Shown here: one piece after another, positions 58,804-64,000 of the stretch | Layout of the letters: every line of letters starts with the position of its first letter | Position numbering within the stretch: position 1 is the stretch's first letter | IMG/VR virus record: IMGVR_UViG_3300020578_000048 | Length of the DNA: 64,000 nt | Direction: 5' to 3' (one strand) | DNA from: an uncultured virus (IMG/VR IMGVR_UViG_3300020578_000048) | Taxonomy: Duplodnaviria; Heunggongvirae; Uroviricota; Caudoviricetes | Notes under the pieces: generated by a model | What the model was told of the DNA's origin: nothing | Seen by the model: the letters and a program-made list of their open reading frames with translations, nothing else | The model's database searches: none | Made by a program: the position numbers and the translations under genes

Positions 58804-59163
58804 TTAACTCACTGTGGTCCAGCTCATGGTGGTTTCATCCCACATGTACATTTGTCCATCTGTGGGCATGGGTTCGGGTGCTTGCCACTGTGCTGAGTTT
58901 AAGTCTAGCTGCCAGCTGGCATAAGGTCTTGGTGGCACAAAAGCATCAATGTCTGCATGATAGTGGTAACCAATGCCAGCATAATTCTTTCGCTGGTTGC
59001 CGTTATAGCTGGTCTGCTTCCAGGTTCCACCTAGTATACGTTCAAGGTGTGCAGCACCAATGTGTTCTTTTTCCACACCTGCTGCATCTGAGGTGTCCTT
59101 GTTGTCTACTACCACAACTTGTGTGACTTGATTGTTTGCATCTAATTTGGCAAAATGTGCCAT
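58804..59163 (-). CDS. Fibre-associated protein (MAHFAKLD family), copy 2
   Basis: Paralog of 48882..49259. Confidence 0.75.
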   Translation of the reverse strand: MAHFAKLDANNQVTQVVVVDNKDTSDAAGVEKEHIGAAHLERILGGTWKQTSYNGNQRKNYAGIGYHYHADIDAFVPPRPYASWQLDLNSAQWQAPEPMPTDGQMYMWDETTMSWTTVS

Positions 59164-59166
59164 GTG

Positions 59167-59424
59167 TCAATCTCCTGTTGCTTGTTGAAACTGCTGCTGC
59201 TGTATGCCCATGTCTCGTAGTTGCTCGTCTGTGTAGACGGTTGCAATGCTGTCCTCAAACTCTCGGATCTTGTCAATTGTTTGGTAAACTTCTTCTATGC
59301 TTGGGCATGGTCTGGGATCATCCCACCTAGTAAACACGTTGTTTGATATTTCCCACTTTGCACCTGGACGAAGCAAGTGCATGGCTGTGTCTATGCCTAG
59401 GAATTTGTAGATTTTTGTAGTCAT
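59167..59424 (-). CDS. Small fibre-associated protein (XkdW-like pattern)
   Basis: AMHLLRPGAKWEI...RWDDPRPCPSIEEV. Confidence 0.55.
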   Translation of the reverse strand: MTTKIYKFLGIDTAMHLLRPGAKWEISNNVFTRWDDPRPCPSIEEVYQTIDKIREFEDSIATVYTDEQLRDMGIQQQQFQQATGD

Positions 59425-59425
59425 G

Positions 59426-61201
59426 TTATTGATTGATTTTGATGATTACGATACCGGAGCCACCGTTACCACCTGATGCGCTATTATTTCCGCGCCAAGA
59501 ACCCCCACCACCACCACCCCCAGTGTTTGTTGATCCAGCAGAACCGCTACCACCCGCACCGGCTCCTGCTTGATCGCCTGCATTACCACCACCTCCACTG
59601 CCACCCGGTGCGCCAGAATAAATAGCAGGGTTACCTAGGTCACGATAATACCCACCACCACCACCACCTGCAAATACACCGCTAGCGCCATATAAAGAGG
59701 CAAAAGATGGCCCCGGAGATCCATTCCCACCTGCTCCACAAACAACAGAAGGACTTATAACTCCTGTGCCACCTGATGTGTTAGAACCGCCTCCACCACC
59801 CATTGCGGTTATGTAGTAAGAGGCGGGGCCTTGATTACCGCCGCCTCCATTACTACCTTGATTAACGTTATAAGGACTTGGCGATCCTGAAGGTGCAGAT
59901 GGTGTATTCCCAGTGCCGCCACCCGGTAGCCCACCACCACCTGACCCACCTGACCTACCAGGACCTGGTCCAGCTCCCCCACCACCACCAAACGCAACTA
60001 AAGCATTAGTATATGGATTTCCAGAAGATGGGTTGTTGATTATAGGCGATCCAGATATATATGAATTATCTCCATCAGCACCGAAGTTGTAATCACTTGC
60101 TGCTCCACCATTACCGCCCGCGCCAACCGTTACTGTATATACCGTTCCTGCTGTAATACTTAAGCCAGTTCCAGTTCTAAAACCACCTGCGCCTCCGCCT
60201 CCACCATATCTACTACCACCCCCACCCCCACCAGCAACCACAAGATAGTCAACCAAGGTCACACCTGCGGGGCATCGCCAAGTGGTAGTGCCTTTGAACG
60301 TAAATACGGTTTGTGCGGGTACGGTGTACTTGAGGACGACAATGCCGGAGCCGCCCGTTCCTGAAGCTACTCCAGCGCCTCCGCTTGCGCCACCACCACC
60401 ACCTGTATTTACAGTGCCAGATGTAGTAGTTCCAGTACCTCCAGGCCCAGAGCCACCTCCATTACCACCACCACCTTTTTGTGATGTTGTAGATGTCCCG
60501 CCGCCTAGTCCAGCAGCTAGGCCATAAGTTCCACCACCACCACCACCAGCGTAATAAATAGTAGACCCTGTTATTGATGAAGTTGCAGCTGAACCTCCAT
60601 TCCCCCCTGATGATGAAGTTCCATTAGCACCTACACCACCGCCTCCCCCACCACCACCACCACCAATACTGAAAGGAGATGAAACATATGAAGCAGATCC
60701 CCCAGCATAACCCTGTCCTGAAGTACCCGAGCCGCCCGCTCCGGCTTGTGGTGAAGTGTTGCCAGCACCTCCCCCACCACCAGAGCCGCCAGAATTACCA
60801 GTTTTTCCTGTTCCTGGTTCTCTATAAGAAGCACCACCGCCACCGCCAGTTGCAGAAATAGTAGAAAAAGGCGCTGGCCCTGCAATTGATGATAAATTTC
60901 CGTTACCGCCGTTAGCAGCAGAATTATTTGGCCCGCTAACAGATGTTCCTCCAGAACCAACAGTGATCGTGTAGTCAAAACCAGGAGTTACAGATAAACC
61001 AGTTCCGCTTAGAAACCCTCCCGCTCCTGCACCACCAGCATGTTGATAACCACCACCACCCCCACCAGCCACAACCAAATACTCAACTTCTGTAACACCA
61101 GTAGGGCAAGTCCAAGTAGACGTACCAGTAAAGGTTTGGACAATGGTGAAGCCACTGCTGCGAAAAATTCCTGCTATTAATGCAGACAGTACGCCAGCCA
61201 T
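59426..61201 (-). CDS. Glycine-rich adhesin with a tandemly duplicated Gly-rich domain
   Basis: Start MAGVLSAL at 61201 (TGATG overlap); two TF.GT.TW.CP.GVT.V[ED][11 protein letters not shown]...GGSGIV units. Confidence 0.82.
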   Translation of the reverse strand: MAGVLSALIAGIFRSSGFTIVQTFTGTSTWTCPTGVTEVEYLVVAGGGGGGYQHAGGAGAGGFLSGTGLSVTPGFDYTITVGSGGTSVSGPNNSAANGGNGNLSSIAGPAPFSTISATGGGGGASYREPGTGKTGNSGGSGGGGGAGNTSPQAGAGGSGTSGQGYAGGSASYVSSPFSIGGGGGGGGGGVGANGTSSSGGNGGSAATSSITGSTIYYAGGGGGGTYGLAAGLGGGTSTTSQKGGGGNGGGSGPGGTGTTTSGTVNTGGGGGASGGAGVASGTGGSGIVVLKYTVPAQTVFTFKGTTTWRCPAGVTLVDYLVVAGGGGGGSRYGGGGGAGGFRTGTGLSITAGTVYTVTVGAGGNGGAASDYNFGADGDNSYISGSPIINNPSSGNPYTNALVAFGGGGGAGPGPGRSGGSGGGGLPGGGTGNTPSAPSGSPSPYNVNQGSNGGGGNQGPASYYITAMGGGGGSNTSGGTGVISPSVVCGAGGNGSPGPSFASLYGASGVFAGGGGGGYYRDLGNPAIYSGAPGGSGGGGNAGDQAGAGAGGSGSAGSTNTGGGGGGGSWRGNNSASGGNGGSGIVIIKINQ

Positions 61202-61635
61202 CAAGTCACTCCTGCACCAGTGACCCACCAAGTGTCTGTGGCTACCTTTAACAATGATGCCATGCCTTTGGTGGCCACTGTGCGAGTGCCAGTGCTGCCA
61301 GCTGCCAATTGCAGTGTGGCCGAACTGGAAATAGTCAAACTGCCTGAATTATTGTTTATGACCAAAATAGCTGTGCCAATGGGAAATGCCACCACAGCAT
61401 TGGTGGGCACTGTGAGCGTGGCTGTGCTGCCGCCAGTAAAGTACACATGATCACCTTGATCAGTCAGCGTCAAAGTATAACTGGCATCAGTTTGCGTGTT
61501 TTGCGGAGCACCAATGTAACCTAATGTTTCGTCACCGTCTGGCAATGTGCTGGTTCTGCTGTTGGTAGAACTTGTGCCTTGCAAGGTATGTGTGCCCGAT
61601 CCTGCGGGATTGCCTTGAACTCTTATACTGCCCAT
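61201..61635 (-). CDS. Fibre adaptor protein, paralogous to the C-terminus of 50820..51587
   Basis: PQNTQTDASYTLTLTD...FPIGT...WWVTGAGVT. Confidence 0.75.
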   Translation of the reverse strand: MGSIRVQGNPAGSGTHTLQGTSSTNSRTSTLPDGDETLGYIGAPQNTQTDASYTLTLTDQGDHVYFTGGSTATLTVPTNAVVAFPIGTAILVINNNSGSLTISSSATLQLAAGSTGTRTVATKGMASLLKVATDTWWVTGAGVT

Positions 61636-61648
61636 GTTGTGTTGTCCT

Positions 61649-62122
61649 TTATCCTAAAATTTGCCATGCCTGTGTGTCATTGACAGTGATGCTAGCATTG
61701 TTTTGCAGTGTCACAGGACCAACATCCAGTCTGTTTGAGCCTGTGGTTATGGTGACATTGCTGGTTATCAGTTGTGGATATTCATTGCTGCCACTGCCTG
61801 TGGTATTTACCAAGGTCCAACCGCCTACCAAGGTCCAGCCCGAACCTGAATACACAAACAAGTCACCAAGTTGATCGTTCAACCAAATAGCACCCACACT
61901 GGGACTCACTGGTGCTGAGCTAGACACTGTTACTGTGGCTCCTCCGCCACCACCACCAGAACCTGCTGGGCCTGTGGCACCAGTTATGCCAGTGGCACCA
62001 GTGGCTCCCGTTGATCCTACTGCTACACCAGGGTACCAGATTTTTCCGTTATAGGTCCAAGTACGTCCGCCTGACGTGTATGTTTGACCATTTGTGGGAT
62101 TATTTGGGAATTGTATGGACAT
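61649..62122 (-). CDS. Short fibre protein with anchor domain and collagen-like repeat
   Basis: MSIQFPNNPTNGQTY, GATG repeats, VGPVTL...WQIL. Confidence 0.75.
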   Translation of the reverse strand: MSIQFPNNPTNGQTYTSGGRTWTYNGKIWYPGVAVGSTGATGATGITGATGPAGSGGGGGGATVTVSSSAPVSPSVGAIWLNDQLGDLFVYSGSGWTLVGGWTLVNTTGSGSNEYPQLITSNVTITTGSNRLDVGPVTLQNNASITVNDTQAWQILG

Positions 62123-62143
62123 ATTGTGTGATATTTACTATAT

Positions 62144-62470
62144 TTAAGGCATTTGAAATGGAACTAATGCTGAATAAAACGTAGAATTCCCAGATGACGT
62201 TTCTCTATCAAACATAAAATCAAACCCTAGCGTTACCCTAGGATTATTTCCATAATGCATGTCGGTCCAATGTAATGCATTTTACAAGGAAAGACACTAA
62301 CTAGTCCCGGAACATTAGGCACTCTTACTAATTTCCCGTCATCAAACATTAGCAGCAGTAAAGGTAGTGGTTGAACTAACACGCCACCGCTGACCGGACC
62401 AAGTCCAGGTCTTACCACCGGCTATATAGGTTTGATTAACACTGGGGTTACTGGGAAATGTAATAGGCAT
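62144..62470 (-). pseudogene. Chimeric remnant: fibre anchor N-terminus plus frameshifted 2OG-Fe(II) oxygenase C-terminus
   Basis: MPITFPSNPSVNQTY...ANV-stop, then VPNVPGLVSVFPC and ALHWTDMHYGNNPRVTLGFD...QMP-stop in shifted frames. Confidence 0.6.
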
Positions 62471-62546
62471 AGTTATCTGGTTATTGTGATATTTATCAAT
62501 AAACAAGATTAAATTTGTAACCAATACCCCTCACAATAAATAATTC

Positions 62547-63281
62547 ATGTTCAATAAACCAGTGGTGCTCAAATTTTATAATACTATTCGTGGTGTAGAA
62601 AAAACCATGCCCATTGTTCCAGCTAAACGATTGTCATATGATTGGAAAAAAACTGCTGCTCAAGACTTTAATCAAGCTAGAACTAATAGCCCTGGCCAAA
62701 CTGTAAGAAATATAGTTAATTGTACAGGAATTAATACGCTGCATAGACAAGGGTGGGTTATTAGAGCTTGGCAAGATTTTTACATTAAACCTCAAGGGAT
62801 AGATGGTTTTACTTGGCGTAGTCCAATGGATCAAAAACCCATGAACGACGAGGACTATATTGGTTTCCATGGCCCTGACAGGTTAAAATATTTCAAAAAC
62901 TGGCCAAAACACTCTTTACGTTGTTTAGTAAAGGTTCATACTGGGTGGAGAGTCAAAGTACCCCCGGGTTATATACTTTATCAAGTTCCTATGTTTTATC
63001 AAGATGAAAATAGGTTTACCGCTTGTGCAGGTAGTTATACTGCTGATGTAGGAGTGGCCTATCTCAATGTTCCACTATATTGGCACGCTGTCGACAGCGA
63101 CGAAACAGTAGCAGCAGGTACGCCGTTATGTCATTTAATTTTAGCTCCTGACACTGATTACGGATTTGAAATCTTAGACGAACCAGACCAAGAACAAGAA
63201 ACACTTTTTAAGATTATGACCGGCTCTAGATTTGTTAGAGACTACGGATCTATCAAGGACTTTTATAATAAACTTCGATGA
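62547..63281 (+). CDS. Hypothetical protein, possible dUTPase-like beta-clip fold
   Basis: IVNCTGI...GWVIRAWQD, TGWRVKVPPGY, VAAGTPLCHLI; late motif 4 nt upstream. Confidence 0.55.
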   Translation: MFNKPVVLKFYNTIRGVEKTMPIVPAKRLSYDWKKTAAQDFNQARTNSPGQTVRNIVNCTGINTLHRQGWVIRAWQDFYIKPQGIDGFTWRSPMDQKPMNDEDYIGFHGPDRLKYFKNWPKHSLRCLVKVHTGWRVKVPPGYILYQVPMFYQDENRFTACAGSYTADVGVAYLNVPLYWHAVDSDETVAAGTPLCHLILAPDTDYGFEILDEPDQEQETLFKIMTGSRFVRDYGSIKDFYNKLR

Positions 63282-64000
63282 AAAAACTAGCAGTAATTGG
63301 CAGAGGACTTGTTGGTTGCCTGGCAGTAGGACATTTTCTACGCTGGACCAATTGGCATATAGATTGGATCTACGACCCTAGTTTAGAGTCAAATCCAGTG
63401 GGCGAAGGCACCAACCTCAAAGTGCCCTATGCCTTATACGAATCATTGGCATTTAACTGGAACGATATTCAACAGTTGGATGCTACACCTAAAATAGGAA
63501 TACTTAAACATAATTGGGGAGGTGCAGATTATTTACATCCTTTCCCTAGTAATTCGGTAGCACTGCACATAAATGCCATTTCTCTGCAGAATTATATTTT
63601 TAATAAACTAAAAGACAATGATCGAATAACCTGTGTTGAATCTAATGTAGTAGAATCAAGTGCTCTTGATGCTGATTACGTAATGGTTTGTACTGGGTCA
63701 CCCAAGAACTTCGAAGACAATTTTGAAATTATTTCAAGTATTCCGGTTAATACTTGCTTAGTAAGCCAATGTCCTTGGCCTATGCCAACGTTTAATTACT
63801 CGCTTACTCATGCTCAAAAACATGGATGGACGTTTGGTATTCCTTTAACTAACAGATGCAGCATAGGTTATCTTTATGACCGAAATCTTGTTACTGAGCC
63901 TGAGATACGAAACCAAATCAAAGATATACTAAGTGAATTAAAATTAGAACCATCAGTTCAAAGAATTATTCAATTTCGGAACTATCGACGGCGAGAGAAT
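63278..64000 (+). CDS. Flavin-dependent (tryptophan) halogenase-like protein, runs off the right edge
   Basis: Not in the ORF track. ATG 63278: MKKLAVIGRGLVGCLA...PVGEGT...DATPKIGILKHNWGG...VMVCTG...HGWTFGIPLTNRCSIGYLY. Confidence 0.8.
   Translation, partial: MKKLAVIGRGLVGCLAVGHFLRWTNWHIDWIYDPSLESNPVGEGTNLKVPYALYESLAFNWNDIQQLDATPKIGILKHNWGGADYLHPFPSNSVALHINAISLQNYIFNKLKDNDRITCVESNVVESSALDADYVMVCTGSPKNFEDNFEIISSIPVNTCLVSQCPWPMPTFNYSLTHAQKHGWTFGIPLTNRCSIGYLYDRNLVTEPEIRNQIKDILSELKLEPSVQRIIQFRNYRRREN

Noticed and set aside
47584..60978. Pro-rich antisense and alternate-frame ORFs
   Set aside because: By-products of Gly-rich (GGN) codon runs on the coding strand.
1..64000. Alternative genetic code (stop-codon reassignment)
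   Set aside because: Core genes are full length under code 11, and TAA, TGA and TAG all serve as stops; the few breaks are local frameshifts or deletions.
1..64000. tRNA, rRNA, integrase or transposase genes
   Set aside because: None recognised by eye; intergenic gaps are short and lack cloverleaf signatures. tRNAscan was not run.

Overview
This window is 64 kb of a large lytic myovirus (jumbo-phage type, distantly T4-like), standard genetic code, mostly on the minus strand. From left to right it holds: a partial tail-fibre gene; a replication/recombination block (miniature DnaE-like polymerase, clamp-loader-like subunit, UvsW helicase); sigma70-driven early genes; a 10-gene sugar-modification cluster; UvsY, UvsX and gp32; head genes with the large terminase; tail tube, sheath, dNMP kinase, neck and tail-terminator genes; about 18 kb of modular fibre/adhesin genes with deletion scars; and a partial flavin-dependent halogenase-like gene. 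The best candidate for an undescribed system is a putative head-internal polyprotein (29580 to 27695, joined across an A10 -1 slip site). It is studded with L/I/V/M-x-E prohead-protease-like sites, and the last one would unmask a complete twin-arginine (Tat) signal peptide. Other notable signals are a 188-aa DnaE core, a PD-(D/E)XK nuclease with a capsid-targeting-like leader, a SUEL-type lectin fibre tip followed by a thioredoxin-like gene, an 18-bp palindromic operator, leaderless late transcripts and two non-ATG starts. All family assignments come from motifs recognised by eye; no searches were run.
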